This document shows positions 1 through 7,989 of a DNA stretch of 32,000 nt, one piece after another (the stretch's first letter is position 1; every line of letters starts with the position of its first letter). This stretch comes from Fibrobacter succinogenes subsp. succinogenes S85. Lineage in GTDB: Bacteria > Fibrobacterota > Fibrobacteria > Fibrobacterales > Fibrobacteraceae. A program made the position numbers and the translations under genes. Where the stretch lies: NCBI RefSeq assembly GCF_000146505.1, contig NC_017448.1:630001-662000 (forward strand), in the 5' to 3' direction. The notes beneath the pieces are model-generated. The model was not told the origin of the DNA and did no database searches. It saw only the letters and a program-made list of their open reading frames with translations.

Positions 1-255
1 TTTTGTTTCGGTTTTACGCTCCTAGGCAAAAACACCTTTTACCCCTCCCACTTGCACCCCGCCACAGAACTGTACGTCATTTTGTCCGGACACGCCATCT
101 GGACATTAGACGGGATCTCAAAAGTACGCAGTCCTGGTGAATTTGTACTGCACCCGTCCAATCACATTCACTCCATGCAAACCGAACACGAACCCATGCT
201 CGCGCTCTACACGTGGAGCGGTAAAGACGTCAAAACGCTTTCAAAATATGTGTAA
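1..255 (+). CDS. Cupin-fold protein, C-terminal part (5' end off window); DMSP-lyase-like (DddQ-type) cupin signature
   Basis: Frame 1 is open from nt 1; the listed ORF 52..255 starts at an internal TTG. The translation ..FYPSHLHPATELYVILSG..HPSNHIHS carries the cupin metal motifs (H-x-H-x3-E plus a downstream His). Stop TAA at 253-255. Confidence 0.6.
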   Translation, partial: FCFGFTLLGKNTFYPSHLHPATELYVILSGHAIWTLDGISKVRSPGEFVLHPSNHIHSMQTEHEPMLALYTWSGKDVKTLSKYV

Positions 256-378
256 AAAAATTACACTTTTTCTTAGCGCTAGATATCAAAATTTTCAATA
301 ACACTTTTGATAATTTCTTTTTGTACATTGCTTTACGAGATGGAGAACAAGTCAAACCCATAACAAAAAGGATACAAC

Positions 379-930
379 ATGTACTCTACTCACTATATGG
401 ATCTGCTGATGCAGAATTCTCCCTGGAACCTGATTCTCTTCATGGCAATCCCCGTCATTCTCGCAGAGACCATCGCCATCACGGAATTGTTCCTGCTCAA
501 ATCGCCAAATGCGCACCCGACACTCTCCAAAGTGAATCGCACCGCGGGGATTCTTGCAGGGTTCGCATTCTTTGGAATCATAATCTATTTCATTCCGAAC
601 GTCATTATACCGCTAGCATCTGCTGGTGAATTCAGAACATGGATTGACGTCGTAGCCATATTCTCTTATATCCTTGCGGGCATTCCGATGATATTGCTTG
701 CACTTTTGAACTTGAAACTTTTATTCCGCAAAGTTGTTGAGCAGAAAAAAACGACATACGCTATTCTTCTACTCGCCGCATTTCTCGTGCTTTCTCACAT
801 TGCCATGATCTTCGGGATGGTTGACCCGGGAATTGCAGGCTACAAGCCCAAGGCGAAGGCAGTTTCCGAGGTTCAACCCCCTGCACACCACATGGATTCA
901 ATGCACGAAGGTCACCACTATCACCATTGA
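379..930 (+). CDS. Small polytopic membrane protein with His-rich C-terminal tail, function unknown
   Basis: 183 aa with about 4-5 hydrophobic segments. The soluble tail ends in PPAHHMDSMHEGHHYHH. It is followed by a stem-loop terminator at 981..1003. The overlapping ORF 321..629 looks like noise. Confidence 0.6.
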   Translation: MYSTHYMDLLMQNSPWNLILFMAIPVILAETIAITELFLLKSPNAHPTLSKVNRTAGILAGFAFFGIIIYFIPNVIIPLASAGEFRTWIDVVAIFSYILAGIPMILLALLNLKLLFRKVVEQKKTTYAILLLAAFLVLSHIAMIFGMVDPGIAGYKPKAKAVSEVQPPAHHMDSMHEGHHYHH

Positions 931-980
931 GCATTCAATTTCTTGAATAACGCCCCTACAAGCCATAGCTTTTTTGTATT

Positions 981-1003
981 AGCCAAGCATTAACTTGGCT
1001 TTT
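981..1003 (+). terminator. Rho-independent terminator
   Basis: AGCCAAG-cattaa-CTTGGCT 7-bp stem followed by TTTaTaTTT. Confidence 0.5.
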
Positions 1004-1049
1004 ATATTTGTCACCAAAATTCAACAAGTTCAATGACGGTAGTTTAAGA

Positions 1050-2039
1050 ATGACAATTACAGATTATTTGACGAAAGATTGGGACGAAAGCAAAACCCTT
1101 ACCCGCGAAGAATGTTTGCAAATTTTAAATTTTCCGGATAATCAACTTGACTTGCTAATTGAAGCAGCATTCAAATTACGCACGAAATACAAAGGCAACC
1201 GTGTCAACATCCAGCTTTTGACGAATGTCCGTAGCGGCAACTGCACTCAAAATTGCGCCTATTGCGCCCAATCTCGCGATTCCCAAGCGCCCATTGAAAA
1301 ATACAAAAGCGTTTCGGACGACAAGCTCTACGGCGATAATAATCTTGTTGATGAATTTCACCTGTCTCGGCATTGCATCGGGCTTTCGGGCATGGGTTTC
1401 ACAGACAAAGAAATTGAAGAACTCGCCGAACGCATTGCGCACATGAAGAAATCGGGGACGCACATTTGTTGTTCCATCGGATTCTTGACCGAGCACCAAG
1501 CCCGCATTTTAAAGGCGGCAGGCCTTGACCGCATCAACCACAACCTGAATACGAGCCGCCGTTTTTACCCCGAAATTTGCAGCACCCACACATACGAGCG
1601 ACGCATCCAAAACATTCGCATGTTGCAGAGCATCGGCTTTGAAATATGCTGTGGCGGAATCATTGGCATGGGCGAATCAAAAGAAGACGTGGTCGATATG
1701 CTTTTTGACTTGGTCGCCATCCATCCAGAATCCGTCCCCATAAACTTTTTGTTGCCGGTCAAAGGCACACGCCTCGCCAACCGCGACATTTCCGGGCTCA
1801 CATTCGAATACGGCATCAAAATTCTTTGCCTAGCCCGCTTGTTGCTCCCGAAATCGGACATCCGCTGCGCCGCCGGTCGCGAAATCTATTTCAAAGGACA
1901 CGAAAAGGAACTCTTCAAAGTCGCCGATTCCATTTTCGCTTCGGGTTACCTCACCGAAGGCGGTCAAAGCTTGGAAGCCACATTCCGCCAAATCGAAAAC
2001 GCAGGCTTCACGTGGGCTATAGAAAGCAAAGACGAATAA
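1050..2039 (+). CDS. bioB: Biotin synthase-like radical SAM enzyme (BioB family)
   Basis: CxxxCxxC radical SAM motif CTQNCAYCAQS. BioB-like blocks NHNLNTS, EICCGGIIGMGE, PESVPINFLLPVKGT and RCAAGRE match the E. coli BioB Fe-S ligand positions. ATG 1050 is preferred over TTG 1008, which abuts the upstream terminator. Confidence 0.8.
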   Translation: MTITDYLTKDWDESKTLTREECLQILNFPDNQLDLLIEAAFKLRTKYKGNRVNIQLLTNVRSGNCTQNCAYCAQSRDSQAPIEKYKSVSDDKLYGDNNLVDEFHLSRHCIGLSGMGFTDKEIEELAERIAHMKKSGTHICCSIGFLTEHQARILKAAGLDRINHNLNTSRRFYPEICSTHTYERRIQNIRMLQSIGFEICCGGIIGMGESKEDVVDMLFDLVAIHPESVPINFLLPVKGTRLANRDISGLTFEYGIKILCLARLLLPKSDIRCAAGREIYFKGHEKELFKVADSIFASGYLTEGGQSLEATFRQIENAGFTWAIESKDE

Positions 2040-2058
2040 CCACTGAACAGGTCGCTTA

Positions 2059-2655
2059 GTGTCATTAGAAGTAGCACTTTCTCTTTTACTATACGCATTC
2101 GTCTCAGGAATTACACCGGGACCCGCGAACCTCTGTTCACTCTCAGTAGCGATGGGGAGCGGGAAAAGCGTCGCCATAAAGCAGTGGTACGGACTTTTCA
2201 CCGGATACACAATCGTCTCGCTAGTATCTGTTTTTATAGTTTATTTTATCAGTAGTGCTTTTGAAAATTTCATCCGGGTATTTGCTTTCGTCGGAGCAAT
2301 TTACATTGCATATTTGGCAATCAGCCTTTTAATTCAAGCGTTCAAGCCACTCGAAGAAATCCGCAACAGCCGCACAACCGGTAGCTTCAGCACAGGTCTT
2401 TTCGTGCAACTCACGAACGTTAAAATCATGGTGTTCTGCCTCACGGCAATCACAACCTACATCCTCCCCTACCACCAAGATTTTCCGCACCTGCTGCTGT
2501 TCGGCATACTATTGCCGCTTACAGGCCCCATCTGCAATTTGGCGTGGCTTTTCACAGGCGTTTTACTGCAAGGGCTTTTCAAAAAGCACCACAGAATATT
2601 CTATACACTTATGGGACTCTCGCTATTGTATTGCGCCATTGGGATTGTGAAATAG
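2059..2655 (+). CDS. LysE/RhtB-family amino-acid exporter
   Basis: 198 aa with about 6 TM segments. The N-terminal ..GITPGPANL.. signature is typical of LysE/RhtB translocators. GTG start. Confidence 0.7.
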   Translation: MSLEVALSLLLYAFVSGITPGPANLCSLSVAMGSGKSVAIKQWYGLFTGYTIVSLVSVFIVYFISSAFENFIRVFAFVGAIYIAYLAISLLIQAFKPLEEIRNSRTTGSFSTGLFVQLTNVKIMVFCLTAITTYILPYHQDFPHLLLFGILLPLTGPICNLAWLFTGVLLQGLFKKHHRIFYTLMGLSLLYCAIGIVK

Positions 2656-2741
2656 TAGTCTGATATAGCATTTTCTTTTTGAAGTAACAAATTATTGGGA
2701 ATAAAATATTACTATCATTCTCAATAAGAAGGAATTTCACT

Positions 2742-3767
2742 ATGAATCTGCATTTTTTCAAGACAGTTTTTGCAGTGGCGCTGGTGGCGGGCGCGGGTTG
2801 TTTTTTCGGTTGCTCTTCGGAGAAGGCTCCCGAGGTTGAGAACAACACGCTTGTCAATGTGTCTTACGATCCGACGCGTGAGTTCTATTCCAATTACAAT
2901 CATATTTTTATGAAGCATTGGAAAGAGGCTACCGGCAAGGATGTGAAAATTACGCAGTTTCATGGCGGTTCGGGCAAGCAGGCGCTTGAGGTGGTGAACG
3001 GGCTTGAAGCGGATGTGGTCACGCTCGCGCTGGAATACGACGTGAACATTGTCCGTGACGCAGGGCTTATTGAAAACGGCTGGGTCAAGGAATTTCCACG
3101 CAACAGCGCTCCTTACACTTCGACGATTGTGTTTCTCGTGCGCAAGGGGAATCCCAAGAAAATCAGTGACTGGAACGATCTCGTGAAGGACGGCATCGGC
3201 ATCATCACGCCAGATCCCAAAACTTCGGGCGGTGCGCGCTGGAATTATCTTGCGGCTTGGGCTTATGCAGAAAAGCAGTTCAACGGAGATGAGGAGCAAG
3301 TCAAAGGTTTCATGAAGAAGCTTTATCAAAATGTTCTTGACCTCGCTTCGGGCGCACGCGGTTCAACAAATACATTCATAGAAGAACGCAAGGGCGATGT
3401 GCTGCTTTCTTGGGAAAACGAGGCATTCCTTTCGCTCAAGGACTACCCCAAGGATTACGAAATCGTGATGCCGAGTGTGAGCGTTTTGGCAGAGCCTTCT
3501 GTCGCGATTGTAGATAAGATTGTAGACAAACGCAACACGCGCAAACTTGCGACGGAATACCTGAATTATCTATACTCTGACGAAGCGCAGCATGTTGCGG
3601 CAAGGCATCATTACCGTCCGACAAACAAGGCGATTCTTGACGAGTACAAAGAATTTGACCAGAATGTCAATCTGATTACGATTGAGCATTTTGGCGGTTG
3701 GGAAAATGCACAGAAGACGCACTTTTCCGAGTATGGGATTTTCGACCAGATTTACGAGAAAAATTAA
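2742..3767 (+). CDS. sbp: Sulfate/thiosulfate ABC transporter substrate-binding lipoprotein (Sbp/CysP type)
   Basis: 341 aa. Signal peptide with lipobox FFGC. The blocks SYDPTREFY, HGGSGKQA, TPDPKTSGGARWNYLAAW and NEAFL are characteristic of sulfate-binding proteins. No cysTWA permease or ATPase genes are adjacent. Confidence 0.85.
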   Translation: MNLHFFKTVFAVALVAGAGCFFGCSSEKAPEVENNTLVNVSYDPTREFYSNYNHIFMKHWKEATGKDVKITQFHGGSGKQALEVVNGLEADVVTLALEYDVNIVRDAGLIENGWVKEFPRNSAPYTSTIVFLVRKGNPKKISDWNDLVKDGIGIITPDPKTSGGARWNYLAAWAYAEKQFNGDEEQVKGFMKKLYQNVLDLASGARGSTNTFIEERKGDVLLSWENEAFLSLKDYPKDYEIVMPSVSVLAEPSVAIVDKIVDKRNTRKLATEYLNYLYSDEAQHVAARHHYRPTNKAILDEYKEFDQNVNLITIEHFGGWENAQKTHFSEYGIFDQIYEKN

Positions 3768-3865
3768 GCATTTCAAAGCGCAAATAAAGTAACAAAATCC
3801 TAGTTATAGAAGCACCTCGTTCAATAGCTGAGCGAGTTTTTTATAGCAACCCAAAACCTCTTTCC

Positions 3866-3933
3866 TATAGAAAATACCTATTAAAAGCCATATAAAATTA
3901 GTATTGGACAATTACACATTTGCGTTCTATATT
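3866..3933 (+). promoter_or_regulatory. Conserved promoter/operator module, copy 1 (upstream of metY)
   Basis: TATAGAA (3866-3872), then ATAAAATTAGTATTGGACAA, then TTCTATATT (3925-3933). TGGACA and TATATT are 17 nt apart, which is sigma70-like. The same module with the same 59-nt TATAGAA/TTCTATA offset recurs at 5235 and 8331. The downstream leader ends in GTACGGAGA before the start codon. Confidence 0.5.
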
Positions 3934-3973
3934 TACCCACAAAATTTATAGGATTATGTACGGAGAATGTTGA

Positions 3974-5203
3974 ATGGATTTTAATACGACTTTATTGCAT
4001 CATAATTTTGAAAGTGAACGAAGTACCGGCTCTACGCTTACCCCTATTTATCAAGTCAGTGCATTTTCGCAAGAATCCGCAGAGAAACTCGAAGCTGTTT
4101 TTAACAATAGGGCTCCGGGTTTTGCATATACGCGCATTGGAAACCCCACGACAGATTCTTTCGAAAGGCGCATTGCATCTCTTGAAAAGGGCATTGGCGC
4201 CATAGCCTGCTCGTCGGGCATGGCTGCCGTGACGATGTCGCTCTTGAACATTTTGCAGTCCGGCGACGAAGTTATTGCAAGTACGGCATTGTTTGGCGGC
4301 ACGATCGACTTGTTCCACGATTTGGAAGCATTCGGCATTAAAACCCGTTACGTCACAGAAGTTACCGCTGAGAGCGTTCGTTCACAATTGAGCGATAAGA
4401 CCAAGGCAGTTTTTACAGAACTTATCGGCAACCCGAAACTCAATGTCGTTGATATTCAAAGCGTTGCAGATGTCGCACACGAAGCAGGCGTCCCGCTGAT
4501 TGTCGACAGCACGACGGCAACTCCTTACCTTGTTCATCCTTTTGATTTTGGCGCAGATATCGTTGTCCATTCCTCTTCCAAGTACATCAATGGAAACGGC
4601 AGTGCCATCAGCGGCATCATCGTCGATAGCGGAAAATTCAAGTGGGATTACACCAAATACAAGGGCTTGGAAGAATACAAGCGCTTTAGCAAGTTTGCGT
4701 ACCTCGCAAAGCTCCGCAACGGAGTCTGGCGCAACATTGGTTGTTGTCTCGCACCCGCTACCGCATTCCTCAACTCGCTCGGGCTTGAAACTCTCGGGCT
4801 CCGCATGGAACGCCTTTGCGATAACGCTTTGCAGCTCGCTGAATTTTTGCAGGGTTTCGAAGGCATCAAGGTCAACTACCCCGCATTGAAGGGCAATCCC
4901 TATTACGATCTCGTTCAAAAGCAGTTTAACGGCAAGGGCGGCGCCATCATCTCGATTGACGCAGGCTCCAAAGAAAAGGCTTTCAAGCTCATCAACAACT
5001 TGAAATACGCTACAATAGCCACGAACATTGGCGACTTGCGCACACTCGTCATCCACCCGGATAGCACGATTTTCACGCACAGTACCAAACTGCAAAAAGA
5101 AAACGCAGGCGTGTTCGAAGGTTCCATCCGCATCAGCGTAGGCATTGAAGATATTGCCGATCTCAAGGAAGATTTCGAACAAGCTATAAAGCAGATTTCG
5201 TAG
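3974..5203 (+). CDS. metY: O-acetylhomoserine sulfhydrylase (Cys/Met-metabolism PLP enzyme, MetY type)
   Basis: 409 aa. Blocks PIYQVSAF, YTRIGNPT, LFGGT and GADIVVHSSSKYINGNG (PLP lysine). IVDSGKFKW is typical of OAH/OAS sulfhydrylases. Confidence 0.85.
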   Translation: MDFNTTLLHHNFESERSTGSTLTPIYQVSAFSQESAEKLEAVFNNRAPGFAYTRIGNPTTDSFERRIASLEKGIGAIACSSGMAAVTMSLLNILQSGDEVIASTALFGGTIDLFHDLEAFGIKTRYVTEVTAESVRSQLSDKTKAVFTELIGNPKLNVVDIQSVADVAHEAGVPLIVDSTTATPYLVHPFDFGADIVVHSSSKYINGNGSAISGIIVDSGKFKWDYTKYKGLEEYKRFSKFAYLAKLRNGVWRNIGCCLAPATAFLNSLGLETLGLRMERLCDNALQLAEFLQGFEGIKVNYPALKGNPYYDLVQKQFNGKGGAIISIDAGSKEKAFKLINNLKYATIATNIGDLRTLVIHPDSTIFTHSTKLQKENAGVFEGSIRISVGIEDIADLKEDFEQAIKQIS

Positions 5204-5234
5204 CTATTAACCATTGACTAATAACTAACGACCA

Positions 5235-5302
5235 TATAGAAAATTTCAATAACTCAGCATAAAAATTAAGTATTGGACAAGTTAAAAAACGCGTTCTATA
5301 TT
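5235..5302 (+). promoter_or_regulatory. Conserved promoter/operator module, copy 2 (upstream of tusA-like gene)
   Basis: TATAGAA 5235-5241, TTGGACA 5273-5279, TTCTATATT 5294-5302. Nearly identical to copy 3 across about 70 nt. The leader ends in GTACGGAGA before ATG 5334. Confidence 0.5.
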
Positions 5303-5333
5303 TAGCATCAAAATTAAAGTACGGAGATAAAAA

Positions 5334-5582
5334 ATGTCAGAAGAAATTAAAGTAGACGATACCGTCGACGTCACCGATGTCAAATGCCCCACTACATTTG
5401 TCAAGGCTAAAGTCGCTATCGAAGAACTTGACGAAGGTCAGATTCTCGCAATCCGCCTGAACGACGGCGAACCGGTGCAGAATGTGCCGCGCAGCCTCAA
5501 GGAAGAAGGTCACGAAATCCTCAAGCTCAACGACAATCAGGACGGAACCTTTACACTCTTTGTGAAAAAAGTCGGGGACTAA
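5334..5582 (+). CDS. tusA: TusA/SirA-family sulfurtransferase
   Basis: 82 aa. Conserved D-V-x-C-P active-site cysteine motif (DVKCPTTFVKAK). The size and pattern fit the TusA family. Confidence 0.8.
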   Translation: MSEEIKVDDTVDVTDVKCPTTFVKAKVAIEELDEGQILAIRLNDGEPVQNVPRSLKEEGHEILKLNDNQDGTFTLFVKKVGD

Positions 5583-5594
5583 CCCCAAAAGGCG

Positions 5595-5615
5595 ATCCCG
5601 GAATAAATCCGGGAT
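5595..5615 (+). other. Perfect 8-bp stem-loop between tusA and the carrier gene (no T-run)
   Basis: ATCCCGGA-ataaa-TCCGGGAT, followed by GACAG and no U-tract, so not an obvious terminator. It shares a GGATGACAG word with 22702-22710. Confidence 0.5.
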
Positions 5616-5654
5616 GACAGCGAAAACAATTTAAACAAAAAAGGAATTTCAAAC

Positions 5655-5861
5655 ATGATTATTACCGTAGTTGGAAACAAGAAAGAAGTTAAAGACGGCC
5701 TCACCGTCGCAGAACTCATTGAACAAGAAAAGGTAGAAACGCCGCAGTACGTGACCGTTTCCGTGAACGATGAATTTGTCGAAAACGGAAATTTCGCAAC
5801 TACCGCCCTCAAGGACGGCGACAACGTCGAATTCCTCTACTTCATGGGAGGTGGTCAGTAA
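5655..5861 (+). CDS. ThiS/MoaD-family ubiquitin-like sulfur-carrier protein with one residue (Gln) after the diglycine
   Basis: 68 aa with a ThiS-like pattern (..LKDGDNVEFLYFMGGGQ*). The stop TAA overlaps the ATG of the E1 gene (TAATG at 5859-5863). Confidence 0.8.
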   Translation: MIITVVGNKKEVKDGLTVAELIEQEKVETPQYVTVSVNDEFVENGNFATTALKDGDNVEFLYFMGGGQ

Positions 5862-6670
5862 TGGCTTTTACTAACGAACAACTCGAACGCTATTCCCGCC
5901 ACATCATCCTCAAGGAAGTGGGTGCAAAGGGCCAGAAGAAGCTTTTGAACGCCAAGGTGCTCGTCATTGGCGCAGGTGGCCTCGGTGCTCCTGTCGCTAT
6001 GTACCTCGCCGCCGCAGGCGTTGGCACCATTGGCATTGCCGATGCAGACGTCGTTGACCTTTCCAATTTGCAGCGCCAGATTATCCATGCTACAAAGGAC
6101 GTGGGTAAGCCCAAGGTGCAGTCCGCCAAGGAAACGATGGAAGCGATGAACCCGGATGTCAAGGTGATTACGTATCACACGTTCGTCACTAGCGAAAACA
6201 TCATGGACCTCATCAAGGATTACGATTTTATCATTGACGGAACCGACAACTTTCCGGCAAAGTTCCTCATCAACGACGCTTGCGTCATGGCCAAGAAGCC
6301 GTTCTCTCACGCGGGCATTATCCGCTTCCAGGGGCAGCTCATGACGTACGTTCCGGGTCAAGGTCCGTGCTACCGCTGTGTTTTCAAGGAACCCCCTCCG
6401 AAAGATGCCGTGCCGACTTGCAAACAGGCAGGCGTGATCGGCGCTATGGGCGGTGTAATCGGTAGCCTCCAGGCGATGGAAGCCATCAAGTACATTCTCG
6501 GTGTCGGCAATCTGCTCACGGGCTACTTGCTCACCTACAATGCGCTCACGATGGAATTCCGCAAGATCAAGCTCCCGACGCATACGAAAGATTGCGCAGT
6601 CTGCGGTGACCACCCGACGATTGACCATCTGATCGACTACGAACAAGCCGTCTGTGAGATGAAGCACTAA
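5861..6670 (+). CDS. ThiF/MoeB/HesA-family E1-like adenylyltransferase (no rhodanese domain)
   Basis: 269 aa. YSRHIIL, the nucleotide loop VIGAGGLGAP, DxDxVxxSNLQRQ, and two CxxC pairs (CYRC, CAVC). Confidence 0.85.
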   Translation: MAFTNEQLERYSRHIILKEVGAKGQKKLLNAKVLVIGAGGLGAPVAMYLAAAGVGTIGIADADVVDLSNLQRQIIHATKDVGKPKVQSAKETMEAMNPDVKVITYHTFVTSENIMDLIKDYDFIIDGTDNFPAKFLINDACVMAKKPFSHAGIIRFQGQLMTYVPGQGPCYRCVFKEPPPKDAVPTCKQAGVIGAMGGVIGSLQAMEAIKYILGVGNLLTGYLLTYNALTMEFRKIKLPTHTKDCAVCGDHPTIDHLIDYEQAVCEMKH

Positions 6671-6679
6671 GGAATTTCA

Positions 6680-7090
6680 ATGATTACAATTTCAAAAGAT
6701 GATTATCAAAAAATCCTGGAGCATGCCCAGAAGAACCTCCCCGAAGAGGCTTGCGGGCTGATAGCCGGGAAAATTGAGGGGAACGACAAGCACATTGAAA
6801 AGGTCTATTTGCTCACGAACATAGACCATTCCAATGAGCACTTTTCGCTTGACCCCAAGGAACACTTAGCCGCCATCAAGGATATGCGCCAAAACGGCCT
6901 ATCCCCGCTTGGTAACTGGCATTCCCACCCCGAGTCCCCGTCGCGCCCGTCGCAAGAAGACAAGCGCCTCGCTTTCGACAGCAAGGCTAGCTACTTGATT
7001 CTTTCGCTGATGGATCGTGAAAATCCGGTGCTCAATTCGTTCCATATCGAAGGCGACAATGCCACGAACGAAGGCTTGGTAATCGGGTAA
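6680..7090 (+). CDS. JAMM/MPN+ metallopeptidase (Mec+/HcyD/CysO-hydrolase type), paralogue 1
   Basis: 136 aa. Upstream catalytic Glu (EEACG) and a complete JAMM motif HSHPESPSRPSQED (H-x-H-x7-S-x2-D). Confidence 0.85.
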   Translation: MITISKDDYQKILEHAQKNLPEEACGLIAGKIEGNDKHIEKVYLLTNIDHSNEHFSLDPKEHLAAIKDMRQNGLSPLGNWHSHPESPSRPSQEDKRLAFDSKASYLILSLMDRENPVLNSFHIEGDNATNEGLVIG

Positions 7091-7107
7091 AGGTCTCCGT
7101 ACAAACG

Positions 7108-7154
7108 GCGCCCCTGGGATCCTTCTGAAATTCCGATTCCGGGGGCGCTTTTTT
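7108..7154 (+). terminator. Terminator-like stem-loop between the two JAMM genes
   Basis: GCGCCCC (7108-7114) pairs with GGGGCGC (7142-7148) around a long loop. TTTTTT follows at 7149-7154. Confidence 0.4.
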
Positions 7155-7169
7155 ATAGGGGAAATTTTA

Positions 7170-7550
7170 ATGATGGCCAAATATAGTAAAAACATTTATG
7201 AACAAATGGTTTTAGCAGCCAAAAAAGCATATCCGAACGAATGCTGTGGCATTTTGGTGGGTAAAAAGTCCGAACAGAGCGAAATCGAAGTGACCGAAAT
7301 TCGCGAAGCCGAGAACCAGTTTCAAGGGCAGAAAGCAGTCCACTTCAAAATAGACCCGCTATATCTTTACCACTTGGAGCAAGAACTTGATCCGCGCGGT
7401 CTTGAAATTGTCGGCATTTACCATTCACACCCCGACTGCCCCGCCATTCTCTCCAAAGAAGACGAAAAATACATGGTTCCTGGCCTCGAATACGTCATCA
7501 TGTCCGTGCAAAACGGCGAAGTCGTGGATGTGAAAAGCTATAGGAAATGA
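7170..7550 (+). CDS. JAMM/MPN+ metallopeptidase, paralogue 2
   Basis: 126 aa. NECCG Glu motif and JAMM motif HSHPDCPAILSKED (H-x-H-x7-S-x2-D). Confidence 0.8.
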   Translation: MMAKYSKNIYEQMVLAAKKAYPNECCGILVGKKSEQSEIEVTEIREAENQFQGQKAVHFKIDPLYLYHLEQELDPRGLEIVGIYHSHPDCPAILSKEDEKYMVPGLEYVIMSVQNGEVVDVKSYRK

Positions 7551-7565
7551 GTTTAGAGTTTCTGT

Positions 7566-7583
7566 TGTAAAAATATTTTTACA
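7566..7583. repeat. Perfect 18-bp palindrome TGTAAAAATATTTTTACA
   Basis: Read directly: the two 9-nt halves are exact reverse complements. It lies just after JAMM2 and upstream of the toxin-antitoxin pair. Confidence 0.8.
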
Positions 7584-7761
7584 TCATTCTTGCTAACGGT
7601 AGATTGCAAAATTTAAGCAGTTTCCGTTTTTCGTGATTATCGTTTGTAGATTTACCTCAAACATAAAAATGAGGTCTAAAAGGATAATGTCTAGCAACAC
7701 CAAAGTTCACACTCAAGGGAAAAAATATATTTTAATGGAGTCTGTTTTTCCGGAGGCTTTT

Positions 7762-7989
7762 ATGACATATTCTGAAATTGAAGAAAAAATCAGAAAAGTG
7801 CCTGAGGAATATCTTGCCATCATCGACGCCTTTATCGACGGATTGATGATTCAGCATCAAATGAAAAAGAAACCATCCGATGAATTAACCGCCGCCATCA
7901 AAGAAAGCGAAGCCATGCTCAACGATCCGAACGCAAAGAAGTTCGATTCCGTAGATGCTCTATTTGCTGATCTTGATGCGGAGGAATAG
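7762..7989 (+). CDS. Type II antitoxin (RelB/DinJ-like partner of YafQ)
   Basis: ATG 7762 is preceded by GGAGG (7752-7756). The product is a 75-aa acidic protein ending ..KKFDSVDALFADLDAEE. Its stop TAG is immediately followed by the toxin ATG. The listed start 7633 lacks an RBS and adds an implausible N-terminus. Confidence 0.6.
   Translation: MTYSEIEEKIRKVPEEYLAIIDAFIDGLMIQHQMKKKPSDELTAAIKESEAMLNDPNAKKFDSVDALFADLDAEE

Noticed and set aside
3768-3973. SAM riboswitch or T-box upstream of metY, and likewise upstream of tusA and the fusion gene
   Set aside because: If transcription starts after TATATT, the leaders are only about 30-75 nt. I could not find the conserved SAM-I/SAM-II cores or a T-box sequence. 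The conservation is better explained as a promoter/operator.
2729-6682. Recurrent AAGGAATTTCA word before three start codons (2730-2740, 5643-5653, 6670-6680)
   Set aside because: This is most simply a favoured Shine-Dalgarno context (AAGGA plus an AT-rich spacer) rather than a distinct regulatory element.
7633-7761. Long N-terminal extension of the antitoxin ORF (listed start 7633)
   Set aside because: There is no RBS at that start. The added 43 residues (MIIVCRFTSNIKMRSKR..) look non-native. ATG 7762 has a GGAGG at ideal spacing and gives a typical ~75-aa antitoxin.
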